From the human T2T-CHM13v2.0 reference genome, Homo sapiens: a stretch of 64,000 nucleotides of DNA. A program made the position numbers and the translations under genes. The DNA lies in assembly GCF_009914755.1 (NCBI RefSeq), contig NC_060927.1; one strand, 5' to 3'. Positions 1 to 14,553 of the stretch are shown piece after piece. Under the pieces are notes generated by a model. It saw only the letters and a list, made by a program, of their open reading frames with translations, did no database searches and was not told the DNA's origin. How positions within the stretch are numbered: the first letter of the stretch is position 1; every line of letters starts with the position of its first letter.

Positions 1-380
1 CCCTGTAATACATTCCTTTCTTCAGTTGAGCTGGTATTCCTTTCTCCTTCTATTGTTGTTTTGAAAAATCTGTGTTCTGATTTCCTGGGTAGAATATGAT
101 CCTCCTCACTCTTAGACTCAGTGTATAGTAATAATCTCTTTTATTATCCACACGGCTATCCTTTCATAGACAAACAATATCCTTTTGTCTCACAAGCCTT
201 TAGTAAAGTGTACAGCCTACATTTATTCTTATTCCTTCTCTTTTTTTTTGTACACCTGCAGCTTCTGCATACTTGATTACAGTCCATTGGTGTTTTTTGC
301 ATGGTTTTGTTTCCCCTTCTTCACTCCCTATTGTTGATAGTAAAATCCTGGATTCCCCTGGGCTTTGAGAACCTAGCTGT

Positions 381-411
381 CATCATCATCATTATCATTA
401 TCGTCATCATC
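381..411. repeat. Imperfect (ATC)n microsatellite
   Basis: catcatcatcattatcattatcgtcatcatc; explains the poly-Ile in ORF 301..648. Confidence 0.85.
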
Positions 412-689
412 CAGATTAATGTTTCTCAAGTTCTGCTCTCACTGTATTGCTTTCACCTAGGATCTGGGTGGCTCTGTAGGCTTGGGACTCTCAGTCTAGC
501 CCTATGTGATCTGACTCCACCATACCTAACCCAGTACTCCCAGTATGTTCAAGTGAGTTCTCCCATCCAACCAATAAAGTGTGAGTCCTCACTAATACTG
601 GTTAACCTTTACCTCTTCACAGCTTATGTTGATTGCTCTAGCCTCTGAACCCCTGTCATTTCTGTAGTCTGTATTTTAAGTCTTCAGTA

Positions 690-999
690 TGTTATCTACA
701 ATTTCAAAAATCTCTAAGCAAATCAAGTTTTTCCTAACCCATTTTGCACTCAAATCTGAGCTGAACTACTGATTCTCACAGTGTTATTTATAATCATTTT
801 TCTCACTTAATATGAACGTTCAATTTTCCACTGCGGATATATTGATGTGCTTGACCGTGGGGTTCTGTACCATATCCTGCAGGAGGTGCTTTATAAATAT
901 ATGGAATATGTACCTATCACTTTTCTAAAATCAGAAAAATTCTGAATTCCAAAACACATCTGGTCCTAAGAGTTTCAGATGAGAGATTGTGGACTTGTA
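690..999. mobile_element. Tigger-family DNA transposon fossil (MER46C-like)
   Basis: ttctaaaatcagaaaaattctgaattccaaaacacatctggtcctaagagtttcagatgagagattgtggacttgta matches the recalled MER46C terminus; ends in TA. Confidence 0.65.
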
Positions 1000-1063
1000 G
1001 TGATTTAGCCATTTAATAATATTAGGTCAGCAGGTAGTTACATGTCTACAGTGTGCTGGGTAC

Positions 1064-1838
1064 TGAAACGGGAGGGTTCCTTGATCCCCCTTGCAGGACA
1101 TACAGCAGGGTTGTGGCTTGCCTGTTCCATCGCCACTGCTGCTCAAACCACTGAGGTTTGGGGGGTGGGGGGTGGGGCGAGCATGCAGACAGACAGGTGC
1201 AAGAGCCCAGGTGTGCATGTGTTACAGTGTGCCCTTTTAGCCCTGCTGTCTGTAGACGGCTTGAGTGTTAACCAGCTCAGTGGACCCTCTGCCTTTCTGC
1301 AAGGGCAGAAGGCCAGTGTGACAACTTTCTGTATCCTGAGCTCTTGTCCAGTGTCCCGGTAGAATTGGGTCACACACGGACTCAGTGGATGAGTGTGGAC
1401 TTGAAGGATGAATGCAGGATTTCAGTGAGTGGTGGAGGTGGCTCTCAGTGGGATGGATGGGGAGCTGGCAGCGGGGATGGAGTGGGAAGATGATCTTCCC
1501 CTGGAGCCTGGCCATCCAGCTGCCAAACTCCTCTTCCACCACCTCCAGCCAAACTCCTCTCAGTGTTCAAATGTTGCTCCTCTTCTCTATTTCTCTGTCA
1601 CATTGTTCCGCCATCCATCTGCTTGTCCCCTCCTCTCCTTGCCTGCTGGTCAGCTTTTGGAGCCTGGGGTTTTGGTTTATATGGGTACAGGATAGTGGGC
1701 ACGGTGGGCCAAAAGGCAACTTCTTGGGCATGAAAACAGGAATGTTGTCCCCATTTAGGGCCGCTGGTCTCCAGGCTTGAGGGTGGGACCTTTGCCAGGC
1801 AACCACCCTCTTCTACCCAGTGTCTTCTGTTTGTATCA
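1064..1838 (-). mobile_element. Solo ERV1 LTR, LTR1 family
   Basis: TG...CA termini; perfect 4-bp TSD GTAC (1060-1063, 1839-1842); reverse complement contains CTGGGTAGAAGAGGGTGGTTGCCTGGCAAAGGTCCCACCCTCAAGCCTGG as in the LTR1 5' end. Confidence 0.8.
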
Positions 1839-4800
1839 GTACCATGGGAGATAAAGACAAGTAAAAGCATAGAAAGGCCTCCCACTTGTGTTCAAATTGC
1901 CTCGCTTTGTTGTTTAACTGTTTGAATGACAAGCCACATGAAACAAGATTATAAATTCCTGGAGGACAGGGCCCATACATTCTTTCACAAGTAGATATTA
2001 CTTAGGATGAGATTATTTCAGAACATCAAATTATTAATTTTCAGTCCATTCACCTCTGTAGAGCTCAGTTCTCATAGACACAGAACCACAATTCTCATCA
2101 GATTTCAAACTAGATATTGCAAACATGATGACATTTCTCACTGTGTTTTAACTAACTTCCTGGGACCGAGGGAAGAGCTGCTTCTGCTTCAGTAACAGCC
2201 TCTGATGGCTCCCAAGGAGGTCTCCATAAGTATTACCAATTCCAGCCAGGGTCACCCAGAGGGTGGGGCCATCCAATTTGTTCAGGGAGTAGGTAAAATA
2301 ATGTTTTTAACTGTTAAATGTTTTTTTGCATTGGTATTTTAAAAAATTTATTTCCTCTACTATTTTTCCAAAAGTCTACATTTAGTTATTTGTTACAGTG
2401 AAAATGTTCCTATCTTAACAGAGTGATTCCTTTCACTATCAGGTCAAGAAATGTCATCCTGCAATGACATTTACCAATTCCACACTAAGTAGATGGCCTG
2501 TTATTTGTAGTTATTAGCCTGTTTTAGGGGCCAGAAGAAAATACCCAAACTCTATTTGGCCATATGAATTACGTGTACATGAAGAGAAAATAGTTTTCAC
2601 TGTTCTTGCCTCATGGAGTAGCATCTAAGTCAGTATCACTATGTAAAAATTAAATAGTGACACTGTAGGGTGCATTGAAAACAAGAAAAATCCTTGACTC
2701 ATTTTATTAATCATGCAACCTACCTTCACTGGAAGGATTCTCCAGCTTTTGTATTATCTGCTTCACTTTCCTTTTAAAGTCACTGGTGCTGTGAACTTTC
2801 ATTCTAATCACTGATGCTCTCTGGCTCTCCTAAACTCATAAACTGAGTTCTAGCTCAAGCTGCCTCTGTGCAGGTCACTTAAAACTTTAGTGTCTTTGTG
2901 GGGGGAAATGCCAAATTGAGACTACAGTTACTTCTCAATTCAAATAAAACTGCATTCTTTGGGTTTTATATTTAAAAAATTGGTGTTCCTGAAAGTTAAT
3001 ATTAACTTTCCATAGCAGACAGTTTCTCTTTGTATTTTACCTTCTTAACCATTATTAGGTTATTTTCCTTCAGAAGGAGAAACTATATATGTTACCTTTA
3101 TTTTCTTTTTTTTTTCTTCTGGGAAAATGTTGAAAAATATCATTCAATTAAATTTAAGATCCCCCCAAAAATACATGTAAAAATATGTTCAAGAGATAAC
3201 TTAGAAGGCTTCTAGAAAGTAACCATTAGGTAAATGGATAGAGACCCTTTTGTATTTCATTTTCTACATTTCTATTACACCCTCAGTAGGAAAAATAGAT
3301 TGTTGGTAAGGGAAATTATTTCTGTATTGTCTCATCTTTCAATAGGAAGGAATATAAGGGAACTGGCATTCTTCACTTAGTATATAGCCTGTTGTTTTAG
3401 GAACTAAAATACATTCCGTATTGAAGATTTTAGGCGGCCTTTTCTGTTTTAATTTTTACTCTTATTTTTGCAAAGAATGGCATAAATTATTAACCACTTA
3501 GAAAATCTTAACAGAGTGTCTTTTTCTAGTTCTTTGAGTTAAGGGTCAACAGTTAGCTTTGAAATTACTTATGGTTATTTCAAAAAGACATAAAAATTAA
3601 GTTTTTAAAAAGAAGAACTGAGTTAATGTATGAAATAAGGTGGCATTTCTAAGGAGGCCCACATTTATCTATACCCTTACCTTTTTATTCATTTATTATT
3701 TAAAAATATTTATCTAATTTTTCTCTAATCGATATTTATTATACATGTAGATAAGGAAGACAGCAAGAAGGAACTTAGATGCTAGATTAAATATGAGATT
3801 TGGGAAGGCCCATATTAATGATCTCTAGAGAGGAATTCAATTTTGGTTCTTATTTTAGCATGTAAAATTTTGATCATTACAACATCTAGGCAGTACTGGA
3901 ATGATTTTTGGCATAGCTTCTCTGAGAACACATCTTTTAAGATGTGTATTTTTTAAGATACTGTGTAGTATGATGATAGGTGATTTTCTCTACTTGATGG
4001 CTTTGTGACAATACTGTGCTTGATACAGAAAAGACAGCTACCATCTTTGAGGGTGTTCGGGTGTGTTGATGAAACTAAGGTTTACCTTATGGGAAAATTT
4101 GGAGATAAAATGGTATGAGTGGGTAAATAGGTACAGCATTAGGGCATCGCATTGAAAAGCAGAGATGCCCCTTGTGAAAATGACAGCATGGTTTTCTGGT
4201 GTTAAAATGTGTAGGCATTTATTAGTTATGGAAAACAGTGCATATGTGCATTTGTACCCCAGAAATGGTTAGGATTTATGATTAAGAGCATCTTGGAATT
4301 ATATTTGGATATCATTTGCCTGCAAATAATTCATCACCTTTACCATCTATCTGCTTTAATTAGGTACTTTGCTTTGCATATGTATTAAAATTTAGGTAAA
4401 GTATCACTTTCTTGTGTATTTTAATATGAGAATTAAGCAAGACCATAAACCAAAATAAGAAATTTCATTAAAATGTGTCGTATCACATTTCGCTTTGAAA
4501 AATTAAAACCTAGAATGTATACTCAGTAGAAGTAATGAAATTTATTTACCAGTGATAACAAGAAACACTGCCTTCCTTTTGGTTAAGACAGCATTTTCAA
4601 CAACTAAGCTGTTACAACTCTGTGGTTGACTTCAGAAAAATTCAGTGCTACCTTGTGGGATAAAATATCCAATATTCTATCTTGCAAATAAACCTCATGA
4701 TAGCAGCCTGTATTTGAAAAGTTAGCCATGAGGACTTTCTTTCTGTAGTCATTTCTTCTTTAACTGACTCATTACAATCTATAATATTACAAATTAGGGG

Positions 4801-5227
4801 ACTAGACATTGCATTTTGAGGTACTGCACTATATCACTCTGAGTATAAACAGACACTCAAAAAGAGAGGGGAAATACCCTCCTCATAAATTTTTAAGGCA
4901 TTATCCTACAACAAATGACCACTGTATGTTCAGCCCTGGGCTGGGGCAGAATGGGAAACTCTCAGAGTCTCATTACTGCTTAAGAAAAGCCTTGCCTTTG
5001 TTTTCCTCTAATTGAGGCTGGAGCTCAAGCAGGAGGTGAAGTAACTTAGACTCGTACGGATGACGATAAACCAGAGCATGTGGCAAAGCTCGCCAGTCTT
5101 GAGCATCACTGGTCTTTCTCCTCACTTATATGCCATCTGCCCTCTCAAATGTTCATTGTCTTCCCACTTTTTAGCCCCTTTCTGCAAGCAGTTTAAGAGA
5201 CTGGATATACTCAAGATGGGAAGTTTT

Positions 5228-5430
5228 ATGTGATGGTTTAAGGCACAGACTTTGGAGTTACATAAAGATGAATTTGAATCTTAGCTCTACATACTTGGAA
5301 CCATTGCTCAATCATTCTAGGCCTCAGTTTCTTCATCTGTGATATGGGGACAGTGATATTGCCTCAAGGGCATAGTGTAAGACTATGAGTATAACCAAAG
5401 CATCTTAAACAGTGCTTGTCTTACTATAAA
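5228..5430 (+). mobile_element. MIR SINE
   Basis: acagactttggag...gcctcagtttcttcatctgt core. Confidence 0.75.
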
Positions 5431-6047
5431 TCTTGGCTGTAATAAAACTTGGCTATATAGCTACCTGCTATATGGATAAGGCAGGTAGTAAGGGAAGAAT
5501 CTTTTGTCAGTCCTTATAAGTTGTAATTGTAGTTTTACCTAAGCTAAGCCTAATGCTGTCTGTTTTAATCATGTTGCCATTATTGAGCCAACTTTCATGT
5601 TCTCTTGCCTTCTTTCTTAAATGCTAGAACCTCTCCTCCAGTCTATCTAAGTCCCAAGGATCTAGAACGTCTTTTCACAGCATTCACTCCCTTCCCATGA
5701 ACCATCTCAGACCTATCCCTGCCCTGTTCTTTGCAAGTAGTAATTCAGACCTCAAGATTTCCAGTCCAGCTGGCACAGGTTTCTCAACAAAGCTAGCACC
5801 CAAGATATCTGTGGGGACCTCTGACTAAAAGTGGGAGTCAGTTTCTATGCAATGATAGCTTTTCAGTAAGTGTTTACTGAGCACCTACTCTGATAGCAGC
5901 ATGTGTGGTTTGGGAGAAATCTGTCATTCTCTTAGTGGGTTAACAGGAAAGGATTTATGGGATGTAATACACAGACAGAAGACATTGGGACAGAGGAACT
6001 ATAAGCAAATAAATCTCAAGTCTTGGGGAATAAGATCTAGGCAAACT

Positions 6048-6340
6048 GGCTGGGCGCGGTGGCTCACACCTGTAATCCCAGCACTTTGGGAGGCCGAGAT
6101 GGGCAGATCACGAGGTCAGGAGATCGAGACCATCCTGGCTAACACGGTGAAACCCCGTCTCTACTAAAAATACAAAAAATTAGCTGAGTGTGGCGGCGGG
6201 ACCTGTAGTCCAAGCTACTCGGAAGGCTGAGGCAGAAGAATGGTGTGAACCTGGGAGACAGCTTGCAGTGAGCCGAGGTCACACCACTGCACTCCAGCCT
6301 GGGTGACAGAGCAAGACTCTGTCTCAAAAAAAAAAAAAAA
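6048..6340 (+). mobile_element. AluY
   Basis: AluY diagnostics gatcacgaggtcaggagatcgagaccatcctggctaacacgg; poly-A tail; TSD aagatctaggcaaact / aagatccaggcagact. Confidence 0.95.
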
Positions 6341-9300
6341 GATCCAGGCAGACTTTACACATTTAACTTGTATAATATGTGATGGCAGTCTGCACTGATC
6401 ACAACTGATTGTAGATATTAGAGAACTAATAATTAACTTAAAAATTAACAGACAAAATTTCAAATTTAAAAGAAAAAAGTTGATTAATAATACAGCAACC
6501 CCATTGACATTCACAGAGAATACTTCATAGAATTTTGAGAAACCCTGCATTACTAAATACCCCTATCTTTTATAAAACTCATATATAAGAGTTGAGAATA
6601 AAAGACACCTTGAGAAATGGATATAGCTAAATGATTAGCCTCATATTGAAAACCTTCCAGGTCTTGATTCCAATTTATGTCTCAACAAAATTATAAATTA
6701 CTACCTGTCATAAACCTTTTAAGCTTACTCATGAATGCTTGGAACCAGCAATGTTAAATCTGTGAATACTAAGGGTCTGCTAAAATAATGAGAGACATTC
6801 ATATGACTAGCGTACGCATATGTGTAATTATCTTGGAGAACAGTAACAATTATGTATCTCATTAAACAACTGCCTAATTAACGTTGTTGTAAATTTTGCC
6901 TGATTAGTGTACAATCTTTATAGTTGCTGATCCTGAAACAAAGTCGACCTCTCTCATAACTATTTAAAAAAGTGAAAGAGAAATCAATCTTTGGTTCACA
7001 GTTTTAATAATATTATATTAATTCTTTTAGAGAGGTACTTAATAGATATGAGTGTAATATCCTATATGCCTTGAAGAATCCATATTTTGTGAATTATATG
7101 TGGTGGCCAGTTCTTTATGTGTTGCTCCTTTAGTGTGGAGAAATCATCTCTCTAGATTAGGAACTCAGTCATCCAAATAAGCAATTGGATACTTTTTAAC
7201 GGAGAAACTTCTGCATCAGGGACAGTCTGTTGTAAAGTATTTATTAAGAATTTAATATGTACTTTTTTCGTAGCAGATTCCAGACTATGTCAATGACTTC
7301 TCAGTTTACTTAATCTCCCTACCCATGTTTCTCCAAAACGGAGTAATTATAATAAAATGACAAGTTAGAGTTTTTTTTAAAAAAACTTTATTGAGTTGGA
7401 GTTTACATAATACCATGCCATATTTTAAGTGTACATTTTCATAGCCTTGCCAAATATGTACATGGATGTAACCATTGCCCCAAGCAAGAACTTTTCCATC
7501 ACCTGAAAAATTTCTCATGTATACCCTCCACCATCAGTATCACCACTACCACCACCATCATCCCACACTTCCTTTCTCTGGCAACCATTGTTGTGATTTC
7601 TGTCACAATATATTAGTTATGCCATTTTAAAAGAACCTCACATGAATGGAATCCCAGTGTGCTCTTTTGCGTCCAATTTCTTTTGCTCAGTATAATGTTT
7701 TTAAGATTCACCCATGTTATTGCATGAATAAACTTTGTTTTATTGCTGAGAAGTGTCCTATTTTATGAGTATACTATAATTTTTTATATTCATTCATCTG
7801 TTGAGGACCATTTTGGTTTAAAGTTTTGGGATGTTGTGAAGAAAAAAACCTTTTTCCTTTTTTTGTAATGTATTTTTCTGGTTTTAGTATCCAGATGATG
7901 TTAATCTCATAAAAGGAGTTTCAAAGTATTCTCTTTTTCTCCATTTGCTGAAATAATTTTTAAGAGCAGTGTTATTCCTTCTTTAAAATGTTTGGTAGAA
8001 TTTACTAGTGAAATCATCTGGGCCTGGAGTTTCTTTGTGGAAGGATTTTAATTGTGCCTTTCAGTATATTTATTAGTTTCATCTAGGTTGTCAAAGTTAA
8101 TTGGCATCAGATTTTTCATAATACACTTTTTTAACCTTTTAATTTATATGGGATCAGCAGTAATGTCACCTTTTTCATTTTGATATTGATTTGTGTTTTC
8201 TCTTTTTCTTGCTAGGGGTTTTCCCATTTTATTAATATTTTCAAAGAAACAGATTTTGATTTTATTAATTCTCTCCATTGTTTGTGTGTTTGTTTTGCTT
8301 GTTTATTGATTTTTCACTCTTTTTTTCTACTTCCTTTGGATTTAATTTGTTCTTTTTTCAGTTTCTTAAGCTTAGATCATTAATTTCAGTCCTTTCTTCT
8401 TTTCTAATACAAGCATTTAAAAATACAAAGTTTCCTTTGAGCACTTCTTTGTTTGAAATTATGCAAACTTTGGCTTTTTAAGATATCATTATTCAGTTAA
8501 ATATTTTCTAGTTTATCTTTTATTTCTTTGCTTAATTAGTTATTTAGAAGTATATTTTACAAACATTTTGAAATTTTCAAATGTTTTAATTATTTATTTT
8601 TCGTTAATTTTTTTATGGTTAGAAAATATATCTGTTTCACTTCAATCTTTTAAGTATATTGAGACTTCTTTTAAAACCCAGAGTATAGTCTGTCTTAGTG
8701 AATGTTTTTATGTGTACTGAAACTAACGTATGTTACGCTGTTGTTGGATGTGGTGGTTTATAAATGTCACTTAGGTCAAGTTGGTTGATAGTGTTGTTCA
8801 AGTCTTATAAATATGTACTGATTTTCCTTTTTCATTTCTATAGTAACTAAGATGGGAATGTTATTTTCTACTACATTTGTGAATATATCCATTTCTCCTT
8901 TCAATTCTGTCGGTTATTCATATATTTTTGTAGTTCTCTTATTGGATATGTACACATGTAGGATTGTTATGTCTTCTTGATAAACTGATCCTTTTATCAT
9001 TTATGAAAGATCCTTTTTGATTTCTGATAATTTTATTTGTCCTGAAGTTACTTTGTCTGATATTACTATAGCTACTCTGGTTTTCAAACTTTTTTTTTTA
9101 TGATTTGTGTATAGTGTGTGTTTTTCCATCCCTTTGCTTTTAACCAATCTATGTCTTAACATATTTACAATAATTTTCATATTGGTCACATGTAGTTGGG
9201 TATTGCCTTGTTACCAATCTGAAAATCCTTACCTTAAATTGCTATGTTTATGTTTATTGCCACTTTTACTTAACTTATTTATTGCTGTGGTTCAGCTTAA

Positions 9301-9749
9301 GTCCATCATCTTGTTATTTGTCTTCTGTTTGTCCCATTGGATCTTTGTCCTTTTTTTCACTTTTCCTGCCTTCTTTTAAATTAGCTGAGTGATTAAGTAT
9401 TTTTTAATTTAAATACATTTATTTAGTATTTAGCATACACATTTTTAACTTATCACTATCTACCTTAATATTACATAATACTACTTCATATATATTAGAT
9501 GAATTTTAATATGCATTTCAATTTTTCCTTCTTTTCTCATCATCTTATGCATTTTATTTCTCCCTGCGTTATAAACCTGACAATACATTATTACTATTTT
9601 TGTTTTAAACCATAATGTATCTTTTTTTAAAACTACAAACTGATAAAGTTATGTTTGAAGTCCGTTTTCTTCAACCTGAATACCTTTTCCATAACATTTC
9701 TTATGTTACAGATCTACTGATAAAACAATTTTTTTCTCTATTTCACTAT

Positions 9750-10048
<299 letters not shown>

Positions 10049-10737
10049 TATTTTTGAATATTTTATGGGATATAGAATTCTAGTTTTTTTTTTCATTTAG
10101 CACTTTAAAATTATAGTTTTATTGTCTTCTGTACTCCTTTTTTTTCTAGTGAGAAGCCAGTGATAATGCTTTATTTCTCTGATTAAACTATGTCTTGTTT
10201 TTCCCTTTAGCTACATCTTTGATTTTCTCTTTATTGTTAGTTTTTAGCAATTAGATTTTGAAAGGTGTTAGAGTGGCTTTCTTTATGTTTACCATTTTGG
10301 GGGTTCACTGAGCTTCATAGTACTGTAGGTTTATATATTTCATAAAATTTGGAAAATTTTGGCAGTTCTTCAAATATTATAGTTTTCCCTTCCTTCTGTG
10401 ATTCCAGTTATACAAATAGTAGATTTTTTGATATTATCTCACAGATTACTAAGACTATATTCAATTTTTTCAGCCTTTTTTCCCTCTGTTCTTTTGTATT
10501 GATAGATTCTGCCTTTAAGTACAGTGATTTTTTCTTCTTCAGTGTCTACTCTGCTACTAAGGCCATCCAGTGACTTTTTCCATTTCAGATATTGTATTTT
10601 TTTCTAGCTCTAAAGTTATTTTTGGTCTTTTTTATAGTTGTCAACTCTCATGTTGTGTTCATGTTTTCCTTTATAGCCTTAAACATATTTATAATAGCCA
10701 TTTTAAAGTTTTTCTCTGCTAATTTCATCGTATGTCA

Positions 10738-11065
10738 TGTTATGCTTTGAAAAGTCATATTGAAATTTAATTGCCATTGTAATACTGTTGATCTAATCAC
10801 CTTCTACCTTCATTAATAGATTAATACCATTATCTTTGGAGTGGGTTAGTTATCTCGAGACTCCAGCCCCACTTTTCTCTCTGCGTTGTATGCTTGCCTG
10901 GCCTTCTGCTTTCCACGGTAGAATGATGTAACATGAAGGCCTTTGCCAGATGCTAGCACCTTGATATTGAACTTCCCAGCCTTCATGAGCCAAATAAACT
11001 TCTATTGTTTACAGATTACCCAGTCCGTGGTATTCTGTTATAGCAACACAAAACAGACTAAGACA
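10738..11065 (+). mobile_element. MaLR solo LTR (MSTC/MSTD-like)
   Basis: Ends gccaaataaacttc...ttatagcaacacaaaacagactaagaca; 5-bp TSD tgtca/tgtta. Confidence 0.8.
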
Positions 11066-12624
11066 TGTTATTTCTGGTTTAGTTTCTATATACTTATTTT
11101 TTCCCACTTTTTTGTTCTATCATGGTCAGTACATTTTAATTGAATGCTGGACACTGTGAATGTTATGTTTTCAATTGTTTGAATTTTGTTCTTATTTCTT
11201 AATAAGAATTCAGTTATTTTCTGGAAGTCAGTTAATTTACTTCAAGATCAACCTGATCTTCTGGAACCTGATCTTCTGGAAGTTTGTTTTTAAGTTTTGT
11301 TAGGATGGTTATAGAGTAGCCTATCTTCTAGAGCTACTTTAGCCTTCTAAGGTGTGAACCTGGGTCTCTGCTGGATGTCTCACATGTTCAGTGAGGATTT
11401 TCTACTTCAGCTGGTTGGATCAATAAGTATCACTCAATTCTAATCAAGTTCTGGTAATTGTTAAGATAACAGCTCCCTAGCAAATTTTCTTTCTCCAACA
11501 GTTATTCTTTGCTCTGTGCATGCCCAGCCTAGTATGCTGCCCAGGGAACTCTCATGCAGATTTCTGGAGCTTTTTTTATGTGTGTCTTTGTCTTCTTCAG
11601 GACCCTGTTCCACAGATTTCAGTCACCTCAACTTTCCTAAATGCCGAACTCTGTCTCCCCAGTTCAGCAAGATCCTGTGCTCTTCTTGAATTTTTCTCTT
11701 CTTACGTCACCAGAAAAAAACAGAGTTATCAAAAGATAACACATGTGCGTGTGTGTGTGCGAGTGTGTGTGGATGGATATTTTGTGTATATGTATTTTTC
11801 CATGATCTGGGATCCCAGTCCTATACAACACAGTTGTTCAGTGTCTGAAAACTGTTGTTTTATATATTTTGTCCAATTTTTTATTAGTTTATGATAGGAA
11901 GGTTAGTCTGGTATTAGTTCTCCATCATGGCTGGAAAGCAGAAGTAAAAATGTATCACTTGTCAGTATAAGGAAGAAGCATTAGGGCAAGATATATCAAT
12001 CAAATGAAACTTTTACAGTGCCTTGTGGAGTTATAAGCAGAAGAGAGGGAAAATGCCAACAGATAGATGCAGAGCACCTTGTAGAGAATAAACAAAAGGA
12101 AGAAGTAAGAAGGTCATGGAACAAAGACTCTGCAGAGAAAATGACTGGGTTTTCTATGATCCAGTAATTCCAGAAATCTCTTTGTTTAGGGTTGAATGAA
12201 AAATAATTTCAACAAGAATCCTAGGTATTAATCTCAAGTTCTGGTGGGTGGGTAAAGAAAAGAGACAATTCCCTGGTCAACAGTGGAATTGGGAGAATAG
12301 CAGAAGCACAAATAGAAGTGAACTAAAAAGGAAAGAGTAATTATAAAATGTTGTATTATAACTTGGATTCAGAGTTTCTTGACAGGCATAGGAGAGCAGT
12401 ATATAGTAATTTGTTCCTTTTTTCTAAGGCACGAGACCAGAATCAAAGTAATTAAATAACATATTCATTATTTATACGTTCTTCATATACTCTGTACTCC
12501 ATAAAAAAAACAGTGAGTGCACATTAAAATATTTAATTATGTCTAGTATGCGGTGAGTGGCAGTGGGAAATTACCCAAGGATGTGACAGGGAAGCTGGGA
12601 AACTGCTTGAATTGGGAAGGAATT

Positions 12625-13126
12625 AGAATTAGGAAAAACTATTTTAAAATTCATATGGAACCAAAAAAGAGTTTGAATAGCCAAGGCAATCATAAACAAA
12701 AAGAACAAAGCTAGAGGCATCATGTTAACCCAACTTCAAACTGTTATTACAAGGCTACAGTAACCAAAACAGCATAGTACTGGTACAAAAACAGATAATA
12801 GACCAATACGACAGAATGGAGAGCCCAAAAATAAAGCTGTACAGCTAACATCATCTGATCTTTGACAAAGTCAACAAAAAACAAGCAATGAGGAAAGGAC
12901 TCTGTATTCAATAAATGATGCTAGGGTAAATGGCTAGCCATATACAGAAAATCGAAACTGGACCTCTTCCTTACACGTTATACAAAAAATCAACTCCTAC
13001 CTATTGGATACTATGCCTATTACCTGGGTGATGAAATAATCTGTACATTAGATCCCCATGATACACAATTAACCTATGTAACAAACCTGCATATGTACCC
13101 CTGAACTTAAAATAAAAGTTAAAAAC
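12625..13126 (+). mobile_element. L1PA15/16-like fragment: ORF2 piece fused to the extreme 3' end
   Basis: aaaattcatatggaaccaaaaaagag...acagtaaccaaaacagcat (ORF2) and acaaacctgcatatgtacccctgaacttaaaataaaagtt (3' end). Confidence 0.85.
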
Positions 13127-13454
13127 AAGCCTGAAAAAACTAGTATTAGCACTTTAGAAACTAGGGATGAAAGCCTCTGTGACTTTAGCAAATCAGGAGA
13201 GTGAATATGGATTATAACTCAATAGAAATTGCTATAATATAGTACATGTAAGTAGAGAAGTTGAAATACGTATTACAGATTTAGAGTAGCCCAAGGCTTT
13301 CTAGGAAAAGATACAAGAATAATATATGCTGTGTATCCATCAGTTAGAGTATTATAGTTTTATTCAGTACATATATATTAGTCACCAAACATATGTACAG
13401 TATTATTTAAGACACTTTTCAAATACAGATATTTTGTTAATTACTTTTTTAAAG

Positions 13455-14553
13455 AAATACCAAATCCTGTTGAGGACATGGAGCAGCTGAGACTCTCATT
13501 CATTACTGGTGGGAATACAAAATGGTATAGATGCTTTGGGAGACAGTTTGGCAGTTTCTTAAAAAACTAAGCATATACCTCACACCTGTAATCCCAACAC
13601 TGTGGGAGGATCATTTGACACCAGGAATTTGAGACGAGCCTGGGAAATATAGCAATACCCTGTCTCTACAAAAAATAAATTGAAAAAATTAGCCAGGCAT
13701 GGTGGTGTGTGCCTGTAGTCCCAGCTACTTGGGAGGCTGAGGGAGGAGGATCGCTTGAACTCAGGCGTTTGAGACTGCAGTGAACCATGATTGTACCACT
13801 ACTCTCCAGCCTGGGTGACAGAGCAAGACTCCATCTTTACATAAAAACAACAATTAAGCATACTCTTACCGTATAACCTAGCAAATCACACTCCTTAATA
13901 TTTACCCATATGATGTGAAAACTTATGTTCATACAAAACTTGCACATGAATGTTTATAGCAGCTCAATTCATAATTTCCAAAACTTGGAAGTAACCAATA
14001 TGCAAATGAATAAATGAACTAATATATTCAGACAATGGAATATTATTTAGTGCTAAAAAGGAATAAACCATCAAGTCATGAAAAGACATGGGGTAACGTT
14101 AAATGCATATTACAGAGTGAAAGATCTGAAAAAGCTACATACTGAATGATTTCCACTATATGATACTGTGGAAAAGGCAAAACAATAGAGACTGGAAAAA
14201 GATAAATTATTGCTATAGGTTGGGTGGCTAGGGAGGATGGTGGAACACAGGAGATTTTCAGGCCAGTTAAATTATTCTGTGTGATACTACAAGAGTAGAT
14301 CGTGTCATGATCCATTTGTTAAAATCCGTTTGTTACAACACCAAGAGTGAACTCTAATGTAAACTATAAACTTTAGGTGATGATGTGTGAGAAGGTGCAT
14401 CACTGGTAACAAATGTGCCACTGTGGTGCAAGTATGTTCATAGTTGTGGAGGTTGTGGCATGGGGGCAGGGAATATGTGGGAATTATTTGTACTTTCCAC
14501 TGAACTTTTCTGTGAACTTAAAACCACTAAAAAATAAAATTGATTAAATAAAA
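13455..14553 (+). mobile_element. L1MC-type 3' end, interrupted by an AluJ
   Basis: ctctcattcattactggtgggaatacaaaatgg...; ends ttttctgtgaacttaaaaccactaaaaaataaaa. Confidence 0.8.
13579..13850 (+). mobile_element. AluJ, 5'-truncated
   Basis: ggaggatcatttga...ggaggatcgcttgaac...gagactgcagtga (AluJ diagnostics). Confidence 0.85.

Noticed and set aside
301-648. 115-aa hydrophobic ORF with poly-Ile
   Set aside because: Produced by an (ATC)n microsatellite in T-rich intronic DNA
1160-1178. G-rich run as a possible G-quadruplex
   Set aside because: Only three clear G tracts, inside an LTR, with no supporting context
1027-1885. Dense cluster of overlapping ORFs on both strands
   Set aside because: GC-rich LTR1 sequence with few stop codons
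11250-11281. 15-bp tandem duplication aacctgatcttctgg; similar short duplications near 44966, 51062 and 53455
   Set aside because: Ordinary slippage events with no spacers; not CRISPR-like or a coordinated system
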